Shown piece by piece: positions 1-8,132 of a stretch of 13,769 bases of DNA. Position 1 is the first letter of the stretch, and the number at the start of each line of letters is the position of its first letter. This DNA is from an uncultured archaeon (lineage in GTDB: Archaea; Asgardarchaeota; Thorarchaeia; Thorarchaeales; Thorarchaeaceae), in the NCBI GenBank assembly GCA_964590575.1, contig CAZPWM010000084.1, positions 1-13,769 on the forward strand, in the 5' to 3' direction. The notes beneath the pieces were generated by a model that saw only the letters and a program-made list of their open reading frames with translations, was not told where the DNA came from and did not search any database. The translations under genes and the position numbers were made by a program.

Positions 1-10
1 TCTTGGACAT
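1..10 (-). CDS. Possible start of a minus-strand gene running off the window (M-S-K...)
   Basis: The reverse complement of 1-13 reads GTG ATG TCC AAG. Only three codons are visible, so this is speculative. Confidence 0.2.
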
Positions 11-199
11 CACGATCCGTGACTGATGTTCGGTTCCTGCTTCGCCGAGGTCTGCTCTGTAAATCTAATAGGATTTACGATAAGTCTTACATCCTCTCCA
101 CAGGCAGTTTGAGTCTCCGGCAAACTGACGGTGACTTGAACTCGTCCCAGTTGGCTTTGCGGACCAACATCAGAGTCATCAGGTAGTAATGCCAGATGA
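7..199. ncRNA. Candidate structured RNA / cis-regulatory leader of unknown family
   Basis: Dense complementary segments: GTAAATC 59-65/GATTTAC 72-78; CAGTTTG 105-111/CAAACTG 121-127; GACG 127-130/CGTC 143-146; GTTGG 150-154/CCAAC 164-168; TCATC-A-GGTA-[GTAA]-TGCC-A-GATGA 176-199; long-range CTGATGTT 23-30/AACATCAG 166-173. I recognise no known family, and the strand is unresolved. Confidence 0.4.
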
Positions 200-309
200 A
201 TAAAAACTCGTACAAATACCATCTTCAACAAAAGACTGTTAGATTGATGTCCAACTTTGTCCAAGTTTTTTGCAACAGATGTAAACCTTATTTGTCTAGC
301 ATTATTTCT

Positions 310-1701
310 ATGCTCAATAGGGGAGTATCGAAGATAACCAATGATAATCCAATTATTAGCGAGCTGGATGACTATCGAGTGAGGGAGATTGTCACAGAAG
401 TCTTTCAGAGGAAAGGATTAGCCCGTCCGTATGCAATTGAGTTTGAGTCAAAATCATCAATGCACTCGAAACCACACGCATTCTTTGAAGGGGACAATCT
501 GCACATTGTGGCTTCCACAGAATCAGAACTTAAACGAATGATTGGGAGATTTGTCCTTGAACGAACCTGGTCGCGTCACGAGTGGCTTATGACAAACCAT
601 GTTGGACTCTATACTGTGATATGCATGATTCTTATTTTGACGCTGCCTGCAATCAGCTTCTCCTTAGCCCTGATGATTCTTGAATTACGTCTTGCATTTG
701 TTGTGCTAACAGTGGCTGGAGTAGTGTTCTTCTGTGTCTGGAGTGGACACAAAGTTTCTATCAAGAGTATTCAGCTTCTCAGGAATCTCACATTGAAAAT
801 GGTAGAACTTGGTTGTATGACCGAGTACGATTCTAAAGACTACGAGGGTGATCCTCACAAAGCTGCCATTGCTGGAGCAGGCATCTGCCTTTGGGGAGCT
901 ATAATCACAGGGATGTATGGCTTGCCCTTTGGTGAGCTGGCGACGTTTATCTTCCTCTTCTCACTGTTTCCAACTGGAATAGCTGCAGTGTATTTCATGT
1001 TCACTGCAGTATCGAAAACTATTGACCTAAATCTCTGTTACGAGAGTGAGGGGGAGGATGAAGAGTATGATGCATTTGCAGAGTATGAAGACAATGAGTA
1101 TCTCCAAACAGAGTTCACAGATTTGATCGAGCGAATGGGCCTCAAGGAATCACTCATCAAAAGACATGGGGAAGAATATGATAGCATTAAAGCGGGATAC
1201 TCTGAAACTGATTTTGCAAATTGTAGATGGGGCTATGACTTCATTGATGATGAAACACTCCATATCAAGTGTAGAGATGTTAGTGAGGCTGCAGCAAGAC
1301 GTTACGGTACAGCGATGCTTGTAAGGGGGTCCCTTCGTTTCTATAGTGAGTTGAGTACCAAGAGGAGAGCAATGTATCTCTTCGCCCTTTTCTTCGGTTT
1401 GTGTATGCCGATAGTGATGCTTCTTGGAGCGTATGTGATATCAAAGGCGTTTGGAATTGGGTCCACAATTTTCACTGCAATTACGTTCCTTGGGATGTGG
1501 TTCGTAGGAATGAAGCAGAACGAAGAAGCAAGGAGAGAGTTCCCTATCGCACTACGAAAGACCGGAGTCTTCAAAGATTATGAATTGGAATTCTACAGCA
1601 ACACCATGTTCTCAGTTTCATCGAGATTCGACTGGGGCTTCTTGATAGCATTTCAACTTGTGTTCGTGGGAATAGGGATTCTGATTCTTGTGTTGGTTTG
1701 A
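310..1701 (+). CDS. Polytopic membrane protein (~7 TM) made of two tandem repeats, possibly degenerate M48/HtpX-like domains without HExxH
   Basis: Open frame 196-1701. ATG 310 is preferred because the first 38 codons look non-coding and an AT-rich CTTATTT lies at 286-292. Hydrophobic segments occur in both halves, which are joined by the acidic linker ESEGEDEEYDAFAEYEDNE. The halves align (YRVREIVTEVFQRKGL/YLQTEFTDLIERMGL; FEGDNLHI/IDDETLHI). Confidence 0.8.
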   Translation: MLNRGVSKITNDNPIISELDDYRVREIVTEVFQRKGLARPYAIEFESKSSMHSKPHAFFEGDNLHIVASTESELKRMIGRFVLERTWSRHEWLMTNHVGLYTVICMILILTLPAISFSLALMILELRLAFVVLTVAGVVFFCVWSGHKVSIKSIQLLRNLTLKMVELGCMTEYDSKDYEGDPHKAAIAGAGICLWGAIITGMYGLPFGELATFIFLFSLFPTGIAAVYFMFTAVSKTIDLNLCYESEGEDEEYDAFAEYEDNEYLQTEFTDLIERMGLKESLIKRHGEEYDSIKAGYSETDFANCRWGYDFIDDETLHIKCRDVSEAAARRYGTAMLVRGSLRFYSELSTKRRAMYLFALFFGLCMPIVMLLGAYVISKAFGIGSTIFTAITFLGMWFVGMKQNEEARREFPIALRKTGVFKDYELEFYSNTMFSVSSRFDWGFLIAFQLVFVGIGILILVLV

Positions 1702-1723
1702 TTGATGTTCTATTATGGACAAC

Positions 1724-2227
1724 CTAGTCATCCTGTTTTCTGAAGTTCCATTGGGCAAACGCACGAAACTCATTTCCTTCGACGACATAATACATGCGAC
1801 TCACATAACCACCATAACTAATCAGGCTATGTTCGAATATAGATCCATTCTCGAAACGATGTGCAAAGATTGACTTCGAAAGAAATTTACGGTCGAGGCC
1901 CCACTTTTCATGAAGACCATTGATTCTAGCTATTTGGACCTCCATCACATCCTCACTGTCACGTTTCTTTGATATTATGTCCACTAGCTGTTCTTCTGTG
2001 ATCTCAAAGCCACCTTTCCGTAGGAGATATTCTGTCACTTCTTGAAAGAGACTATGCTCTGTATCAGACCTGTTTATTCCTTCATCTCTCTCTAAGAAAC
2101 TACTGCCAATGATTTTGACCCCTGGTGTAAGTGTGCGCTCACCTCGTCGTTGGGCAATTATCGCACTCTCATGGACTGCTTTCGCTCTCTTTCTAGCTTG
2201 TTCCTTTTTTCGTTCCAGCCCGTCCAT
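1724..2227 (-). CDS. Hypothetical soluble protein (167 aa; may extend to CTG at 2254)
   Basis: Clean ORF with a charged, natural-looking composition, convergent with the upstream gene and not overlapping it. No recognisable motif. Confidence 0.75.
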   Translation of the reverse strand: MDGLERKKEQARKRAKAVHESAIIAQRRGERTLTPGVKIIGSSFLERDEGINRSDTEHSLFQEVTEYLLRKGGFEITEEQLVDIISKKRDSEDVMEVQIARINGLHEKWGLDRKFLSKSIFAHRFENGSIFEHSLISYGGYVSRMYYVVEGNEFRAFAQWNFRKQDD

Positions 2228-2452
2228 CAGCTCATTATCATCTCGATCTGACAGGTTTCAGTGCCTCCTAATCATGGTTGAAGCAAAATACAGCTGAAGA
2301 TAATTCTTGTCCAGCGACCTATTGACATGGAATATTTCATCCAAATCAGTATTCCTTGAGCTAGAATTGATTTTTTACTCAGAACGCAGCCTTGATAACA
2401 TCATTTCGAATCATGAGTCAGAACAAGATTCGCTGTTTGGGGATGATTAGTT

Positions 2453-2932
2453 TTGTCTAAACATAAGCATGAACATCTAACTGGAGAGAAACCAGGGAGT
2501 CACAATAATCAGACGATTTTGATGGTTGCGTTCTTCATCGTGTGGATTGTTGATTCCTTTCTTCTGCGTGTTACGACCATCCTGTGGAGCTTCAGCTATT
2601 TCTGGGTGTTCCTTGGGGCGGGAGCCGTTGTCATTGTTGTGTCTGTCTATTTCATGAACGCTTCTCACAAAGACCTCTTTGATACACAGGTGGAAGGTCT
2701 AGCCACATCGGGAGTGTTTGGTCGAGTCCGCCATCCGATGTATCTCGGAACGCATCTCTTCTATCTTGGTCTCGCTATTATAACATTCTCAATTGTATCG
2801 ATAGTTATGTGGGTGATAATCTTCGCCTTCTATAACACCTTAGCAAATTACGAAGAGAAGAAACTGGAGGAACGGTTTGGTGAGGCGTTCCTAGAGTATA
2901 AAAAGAAAGTAAGAAAGTGGGTTCCTGTTTAG
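2453..2932 (+). CDS. Isoprenylcysteine carboxyl methyltransferase (ICMT/Ste14)/PEMT-family membrane methyltransferase
   Basis: TTG start; four hydrophobic segments; family signatures TSGVFGRVRHPMY and YEEKKLEERFGEAFLEYKKKVRKW. Confidence 0.9.
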   Translation: MSKHKHEHLTGEKPGSHNNQTILMVAFFIVWIVDSFLLRVTTILWSFSYFWVFLGAGAVVIVVSVYFMNASHKDLFDTQVEGLATSGVFGRVRHPMYLGTHLFYLGLAIITFSIVSIVMWVIIFAFYNTLANYEEKKLEERFGEAFLEYKKKVRKWVPV

Positions 2933-2938
2933 TCAGAC

Positions 2939-3628
2939 CTACTGCCTATGATCCCGGGCTAATTTTCCATAGTCCGCGGATCTTTCTCTGTAGTCCTCTG
3001 CTTTCTCATTGTCACCTTCAATCTGGTAGACCCGTGATAAGAGAGAACAGACTGTTCTAAGACCGGCATAGTTTTCGATGCCACTTAGGACCTCTACGGC
3101 ATGGTTAGCAATCTCCTTAGCTTGATTGTACAGACTCTTACCAAGGTAGATATTCACTCTGACAATCAGAGTCCAACCATAGACCTGGATAACATCCTTG
3201 TTCTCGGTTTCATCTTGCGTCTGGAGGATGATGTCAGTGATATGACTCTCAGCGTCCTGTAACTCACCTGAGTTTAACAATGCGACACCAAGGGCTAGTT
3301 TGGACCGAAGTATCTGGACTCGATCGTCGGATGCCTCCGCTGTTCTCAACGACTCCTCCGCTCGTTTGATTGAGCCATCCGACCTTCCGAGGTTCTCTAG
3401 AGTATCATTAATACGCATCAGACAGTATGAGAGAACTCTATTGCGCTCCTTCCCAATCTCCTTAGTATGGACATCTATTGATTCTAAGTCCCTTCTGGCC
3501 TTCTCATATTCTCGTAGCACTTTTTCGTAGTCTTCGTTGTCCACACTTGTCCACATTATATCCTCAATGGAGGTTTCTATCTCCTGTATCCGATGCTGAA
3601 TGTCAGTTGGGTCTACTATGTAAATCAC
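2939..3628 (-). CDS. TPR-like alpha-helical repeat protein
   Basis: GTG start; repeated helix-pair patterns such as LALGVALLNSGELQDAESH, VNIYLGKSLYNQAKEIANHA and LLSRVYQIEGDNEKAEDY. Confidence 0.8.
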   Translation of the reverse strand: MIYIVDPTDIQHRIQEIETSIEDIMWTSVDNEDYEKVLREYEKARRDLESIDVHTKEIGKERNRVLSYCLMRINDTLENLGRSDGSIKRAEESLRTAEASDDRVQILRSKLALGVALLNSGELQDAESHITDIILQTQDETENKDVIQVYGWTLIVRVNIYLGKSLYNQAKEIANHAVEVLSGIENYAGLRTVCSLLSRVYQIEGDNEKAEDYRERSADYGKLARDHRQ

Positions 3629-3670
3629 GACCTTTGTAAAGTTCTCTTATTCCATCGCTAAACCTTTCGC

Positions 3671-4090
3671 CTATTCACCAATTATCTTGATGAGAACTCG
3701 TTTAGGTCTACGACCATCGAACTCACCATAGAAGATAGCCTCCCAAGGTCCTAGGTCTAACCGACCTTTGGTGATTGCAATCACCACTTCACGTCCCATA
3801 ATCTGTCGCTTGTGATGTGCATCACCATTATCCTCACCAGTCCGATTGTGCTTGTAACGAGTCAATGGCTCTTTAGGTGCGAGCTCTTCCAACCAACGCT
3901 TGTAATCGTCGTGGAGACCGCTCTCATTATCGTTAATGAAGACACTGGCAGTGATGTGCATTGCATTGACAAGACAAAGTCCCTCATTCACTCCACTCTC
4001 CCTGACAGCGTCCTGTACATCATGTGTGATGTGAACGAAATCCATCCGAGCTGGAACATTGAATGTAAGGTATTTCGTGTGGGATTTCAT
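3671..4090 (-). CDS. yjbQ: YjbQ/UPF0047 family protein (secondary thiamine-phosphate synthase-like)
   Basis: Family motifs [42 protein letters not shown] and [20 protein letters not shown]; typical 139-aa length. Confidence 0.95.
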   Translation of the reverse strand: MKSHTKYLTFNVPARMDFVHITHDVQDAVRESGVNEGLCLVNAMHITASVFINDNESGLHDDYKRWLEELAPKEPLTRYKHNRTGEDNGDAHHKRQIMGREVVIAITKGRLDLGPWEAIFYGEFDGRRPKRVLIKIIGE

Positions 4091-4182
4091 GTTACATTCT
4101 TCTAGTGGGATTCGGTAAAAACGTTGGCAACTCGTAGAGAGTCAGTGTCTTCATAAGAGGATTTGTTCCAATAATTCAGAAA

Positions 4183-5055
4183 GTGGATGTTTTGCAGATG
4201 AAGGGACTTGAAAAGCTACGTGAAAAACTTCCAGCTTACCCAGGAAGAAAGATTGCTATACTACCACTTAGGGGAGCGGCAGCAGGACTTCTAGGTTATA
4301 TTTTCCTCATCATTCTAAGTATTATTCCTCGCGTGTTTAGTGAAATAACGTTCCTCGGACTAATCGAACCGTTTCTTCCTCTAGTTGGTGGCATTTTTCT
4401 TGCCATACTAGCATTATGGTTGGTCTGGGGCCTTTGGGATAAGAGGGACCAGATGAAAGAGGTACTCGGAGAACTTGCATATCAGAAGATGATTCCTAGA
4501 GGGGTCACTGGTGTCTTCATGGTGCCACCTTTAGTGTTTCTCGCTTTCACATCAATTCCGTTGCTCCCACCTGGACCACCTGTCAACGAGCTTACGAATC
4601 AGTGGTCAATGTCTCTACTACCACTCATTGGTATACCTGCTGAGATCGAGTTCTGGATTCGTATTATCATTTCAGGGATTCTAATCATACTGGGAGCACT
4701 AACAGTCCGAAGTGCTATACTGACATTCGGTTTGGACTACATGACTGTTGTCTATCTCTACTTCCCTGAAGAGTCAGAAATCCAAGAACACGAAATCTAT
4801 TCGGTTATCCGTCACCCAGCATATTTGGGTGGTGTTATCCTTGGTGCAGCTGGTCTATTCTTCAGCTTCTCAGTCTATTCCATTTTCCTCTGTTTGATGG
4901 TATATCTTGTCTTCAGATTACAAATCTGGAAAGAAGAGAAAGAACTAGTCGAACGATTTGGCGAGGGATATGCAGAATATAGAAAGAAGGTTCCAGCTCT
5001 TCTTGTGAAACCAAGTAAACTCAAGGCATACTTCAAATTTCTACGAATGGGTTAG
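4183..5055 (+). CDS. ICMT/PEMT-family membrane methyltransferase with an N-terminal membrane extension
   Basis: C-terminal IYSVIRHPAY and EEKELVERFGEGYAEYRKKVP signatures, plus additional N-terminal TM helices. The start could be GTG 4183, TTG 4192 or ATG 4198. Confidence 0.88.
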   Translation: MDVLQMKGLEKLREKLPAYPGRKIAILPLRGAAAGLLGYIFLIILSIIPRVFSEITFLGLIEPFLPLVGGIFLAILALWLVWGLWDKRDQMKEVLGELAYQKMIPRGVTGVFMVPPLVFLAFTSIPLLPPGPPVNELTNQWSMSLLPLIGIPAEIEFWIRIIISGILIILGALTVRSAILTFGLDYMTVVYLYFPEESEIQEHEIYSVIRHPAYLGGVILGAAGLFFSFSVYSIFLCLMVYLVFRLQIWKEEKELVERFGEGYAEYRKKVPALLVKPSKLKAYFKFLRMG

Positions 5056-5064
5056 ATCTCGCGA

Positions 5065-5688
5065 TTATCGATGATAGATACGTTGGTAAATACCAAACAA
5101 TAGAGGAAAGATTGCCCAAACGATTAGACCTAGACGCACGTCAATAAAGGCTGCTGGAATCGCCATGAAGAAAGAGGTAGTCGTAAGAATGGACCTTCGT
5201 TTCTCATATTGAATCGTTTGTTTGGATAAGGAAACAGAAACGAGCCGATTACCTCGCGACGCGTATTCCCACATGGCAAGAAAAACGGCTGATGCAGTGG
5301 CAACGACCCCCGAATAGAAGATCACTGATGCAGAAACAAATACTGTTGCTCCCAGTACGCCTGTGGCAAATGGAATCAACGCTAGAAAGAGTAGAAAGAT
5401 GATGTTCAACCAAATTAATCGATAATCGTATTTCCTAATGTAGGAGAAGATGCGATGATGACGAACCCAAAAAGAGCCTATGATCATAAAACTGAGCGCA
5501 TAACTAAGGAATTTTGGGAGTAGTGAGATGAGTATTGTTGGTAACTCGTTTGCTAGATCTACACCACTCAACTCAGGCAATGCAAGTTCAATGACTAATA
5601 TAGTAGATACGATTGCCATCACAGCATCGCTAAAGAAGACAATTCGTTCTAATTCAAGGCTTGGTTCGATTGCTTCTTCGTTAGCCAT
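5065..5688 (-). CDS. TMEM175-family (DUF1211) cation/K+ channel, single-repeat prokaryotic type
   Basis: TM1 signature ERIVFFSDAVMAIVSTILV (RxxxFSD plus conserved Thr), SYALSFMIIGSFWVRHHRIF and LIWLNIIFLLFLALIPF; about 6 TM in 207 aa. Confidence 0.93.
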   Translation of the reverse strand: MANEEAIEPSLELERIVFFSDAVMAIVSTILVIELALPELSGVDLANELPTILISLLPKFLSYALSFMIIGSFWVRHHRIFSYIRKYDYRLIWLNIIFLLFLALIPFATGVLGATVFVSASVIFYSGVVATASAVFLAMWEYASRGNRLVSVSLSKQTIQYEKRRSILTTTSFFMAIPAAFIDVRLGLIVWAIFPLLFGIYQRIYHR

Positions 5689-5847
5689 AAGTCAACCCTC
5701 TTTGCAAGAGATTGTCCATTGATTCATCCGTATAATCCTTTGGTTGCTATTTCAGTCATGAGCTTCTTAGAAGAGGTCTTGAATAGGTTTTTCGTCTAAT
5801 CCGGACAGACTTAAATCACTCAATGTCTTCGTAACTGGTTTGTCAGT

Positions 5848-5853
5848 GGTGAT
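5848..5853 (+). promoter_or_regulatory. Shine-Dalgarno motif GGTGAT for the C13 peptidase gene
   Basis: GGTGAT lies 5 nt before ATG 5859 and is complementary to the conserved 16S 3' AUCACC. A TATA-like CTTAAAT lies at 5810-5816. Confidence 0.5.
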
Positions 5854-5858
5854 ATTGC

Positions 5859-7118
5859 ATGCCAAAGAAACCTGAGAAACGTTCTGCATCACGTGGTCTT
5901 GTCATCTTGGTATTGATACTCATTGGGACTAACGTGGCTACGGTCTATTACTTCCTTGTCCTGAATCAAGGAGTACCTTTAGAGGATATTCCACTCAATA
6001 TTGCAGACATTGTGGGAGAGAATGCTGCAGCATATATTGGGCAGACTCTTACACTCTCAGGATACTTGATACTCGCAGCAGGAAATCCGCTCCTTGTTTC
6101 AAATCCTCTATTTTTCATGAACAACTCGCTCAACTCGAACAACTGTGTGCTGGTAGCAGGGAGTGTTGCAGCAGGTCTGCAGAGTCTTGTTGGGCAACAG
6201 GTTCATGTCAAAGGGGTTGTTGAATGGGCGGACCAACCAACACACCTGCTTGGACTGAGTTATCGCAGTCACAAAGGGCTTGAAAGTGCATCAGTGGCAG
6301 TCTCAGGGTGTAATGACTCACTTATTCTGCCGATGGTCCTTGAGAATTTTACTCCAGTAATCGACCCACTTCCGGAGAAGTATGCAGTTCTGTACAGCGG
6401 AGGAATAGATCCACACTGGGGATATTATCGGTATTGGAACGACTTGATCTGGATGTACCTTCTTCTGCTCCTCAATGGCTACGATTCAGACAACATATAC
6501 ATAATCTACAATGATGGCATCGGTGAAACTGAGTTAATGCAGGTGGACTATCCAGCCACTCATGACTCAATGAACACCGTCTTTGGTATTCTTAGTTCCG
6601 AGATGGGGCGTTCAGACTCTCTGTTTTTCTTCTCAACGAACCATGGAGAATATCATGGTATAAACACATGGGAACCACTAGACCCCAACCCTCTGAACCA
6701 GACTGAATTTCAGACGTGGTTTGACTCAATCACCTGCGACCACATGGTGATAGTAATGGAGCAGTGCGTTTCAGGGAAGTTCGTTCCGTACCTCAGTGCT
6801 GCAAATAGGGTTATCATGACCGCCTGTGGTGATGATGCCTCTTCCTACTCATGTGACACAGAGGGCCCCTGGAACGAGTTTATCTATCACTTCATGACTG
6901 CCATCTTTCAACATCCGATCAACGGGGACGGCTATCCTGTATGGGCGGATGTCAACGACGATGGAAAAATATCAATGGCAGAAGCTTTTGGATATGCAGC
7001 TGCAATGGACAGTCGCCTTGAAACCCCACTCTATGATGACAATGGGGATGGGATTGCTAGCTCTCTTGGCAATATAATCGGTACCGATGCCATTTTTGGC
7101 TACGATATATTTCTATAA
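5859..7118 (+). CDS. Membrane-anchored clan CD cysteine peptidase, C13 (legumain/GPI8-like) family
   Basis: Basic N-terminus followed by one TM (LVILVLILIGTNVATVYYFLVL). Catalytic-domain motifs: YAVLYSGG...YYRYWND, FFFSTNHG (His), VIVMEQCVSG (Cys), RVIMTAC and NEFIYHF. C-terminal DVNDDGKIS and DDNGDG are Ca-binding-type loops. Confidence 0.85.
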   Translation: MPKKPEKRSASRGLVILVLILIGTNVATVYYFLVLNQGVPLEDIPLNIADIVGENAAAYIGQTLTLSGYLILAAGNPLLVSNPLFFMNNSLNSNNCVLVAGSVAAGLQSLVGQQVHVKGVVEWADQPTHLLGLSYRSHKGLESASVAVSGCNDSLILPMVLENFTPVIDPLPEKYAVLYSGGIDPHWGYYRYWNDLIWMYLLLLLNGYDSDNIYIIYNDGIGETELMQVDYPATHDSMNTVFGILSSEMGRSDSLFFFSTNHGEYHGINTWEPLDPNPLNQTEFQTWFDSITCDHMVIVMEQCVSGKFVPYLSAANRVIMTACGDDASSYSCDTEGPWNEFIYHFMTAIFQHPINGDGYPVWADVNDDGKISMAEAFGYAAAMDSRLETPLYDDNGDGIASSLGNIIGTDAIFGYDIFL

Positions 7119-7145
7119 GAACAAAAAAATCAAGGACGAACCGAC

Positions 7146-7229
7146 ATGAGAATTTGAAGCCTTGCCTCGATTTACTCGATATTTGTTGGTATCTCAATGA
7201 TTGGCTTCTGGGTGATTGTAAATCAAAGC
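7146..7229 (+). pseudogene. Short 5' remnant of a membrane-protein gene
   Basis: Reads M-R-I-*(TGA 7155-7157)-SLASIYSIFVGISMIGFWVIV. This is a complete hydrophobic helix that then runs into the antisense 3' end of the MscS gene. Confidence 0.45.
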
Positions 7230-8132
7230 TCAGGTGACTTTGAGTGCGTGCTGAAAACGCGCTATCTCATGTGCGAAATCTGAACCTTTCCCAAGAATGT
7301 CCATGGGATCAGTCACCATGTATGTGACTCTGTATATGAGACCGAACATGGTCTCAGCCCAGTAGAGGACTTCGGGCTTCTCAATGAACTCCTCCTTCCA
7401 CTTCTCACAGATTTGATCAAAATATGCATCAACGGATTCGATATTGAAATCCTTGTGAACATCGACTTCAAAGGAGTAGCGGAAGACCTCAGTACCTTTT
7501 GTAAGAGAACGAAGCCCATCTAATGCTGCTCTTACCTTGCTGGTTGGTTCTTGGTTATCTTTGAATTCCCTGCCCCTTTCTTCCATGAGGTCATCTATTC
7601 TCCTCCGGTAGTTTGTCAATTGTGAGTCAACAACCTTACTGTTAGGAACGTACTCTCTTGTGTAATCTGGCTGAAGAAGTCGAGTATAATTGAGAGTTAT
7701 CTCCATTACAATTCCCTCAATATCTCCAATCTTGATGTAGTCTCCCACACGAAAAGGCCTAGCTCCCAAAACGTAGAACCCACTCACGATGTTTGAGAGT
7801 GCTTTAGAGAAAGCCAAACCAATCGCAGTTCCGAACAGAGCACCGCCAGTCACGAGAGCGGTTCCGGAAATAATTGTCGTCGCTGAAAGAATCAATGTCG
7901 CTGCAACTGCTAAGAATAAAATCCGGACCATCAGTTTGATACCGCTCGATGCCTCCTTAGGCATTCCCGCTTTTCTAAAGGTGAGCGTAATCGTACGCAT
8001 AACTATGAGGTATACGATATAAATCATAAACAGGAGTGGAATCGTTGCAATAATCTCTGCAAATGCTCCTAGTTGAAATGGATCGAGAAGGCTACGAATG
8101 AAAGTAGTAAAGTCATCAAAAATATTCTGCAT
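7230..8132 (-). CDS. MscS-family small-conductance mechanosensitive channel
   Basis: TM3-like GGALFGTAIGLAFSKALSNIVSG, then RPFRVGDYIKIGDIEGIVMEITLNYTRL and VPNS...TNY. ATG 8132 is preferred over 8198, but this is uncertain. Confidence 0.92.
   Translation of the reverse strand: MQNIFDDFTTFIRSLLDPFQLGAFAEIIATIPLLFMIYIVYLIVMRTITLTFRKAGMPKEASSGIKLMVRILFLAVAATLILSATTIISGTALVTGGALFGTAIGLAFSKALSNIVSGFYVLGARPFRVGDYIKIGDIEGIVMEITLNYTRLLQPDYTREYVPNSKVVDSQLTNYRRRIDDLMEERGREFKDNQEPTSKVRAALDGLRSLTKGTEVFRYSFEVDVHKDFNIESVDAYFDQICEKWKEEFIEKPEVLYWAETMFGLIYRVTYMVTDPMDILGKGSDFAHEIARFQHALKVT

Noticed and set aside
170-200. Resemblance to known RNAs: CTGATGA(CTC) on the minus strand (hammerhead core, fluoride riboswitch 3' end) and TAATGCCAG on the plus strand (TPP P5)
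   Set aside because: The required partner elements are absent: no GAAA after a stem II, no fluoride P1/pseudoknot and no CTGAGA.
10-264. 84-aa minus-strand ORF (70 aa from ATG 222) whose TGA overlaps a downstream ATG
   Set aside because: No recognisable motif, and the dense base-pairing explains the region at least as well. Not excluded as a leader peptide, but not supportable as a CDS.
4183-5055. Assignment as MddA methanethiol S-methyltransferase
   Set aside because: It shares only the generic C-terminal RHP/EE motifs; the N-terminal QHS-x-MAR-type motif I associate with MddA is absent.
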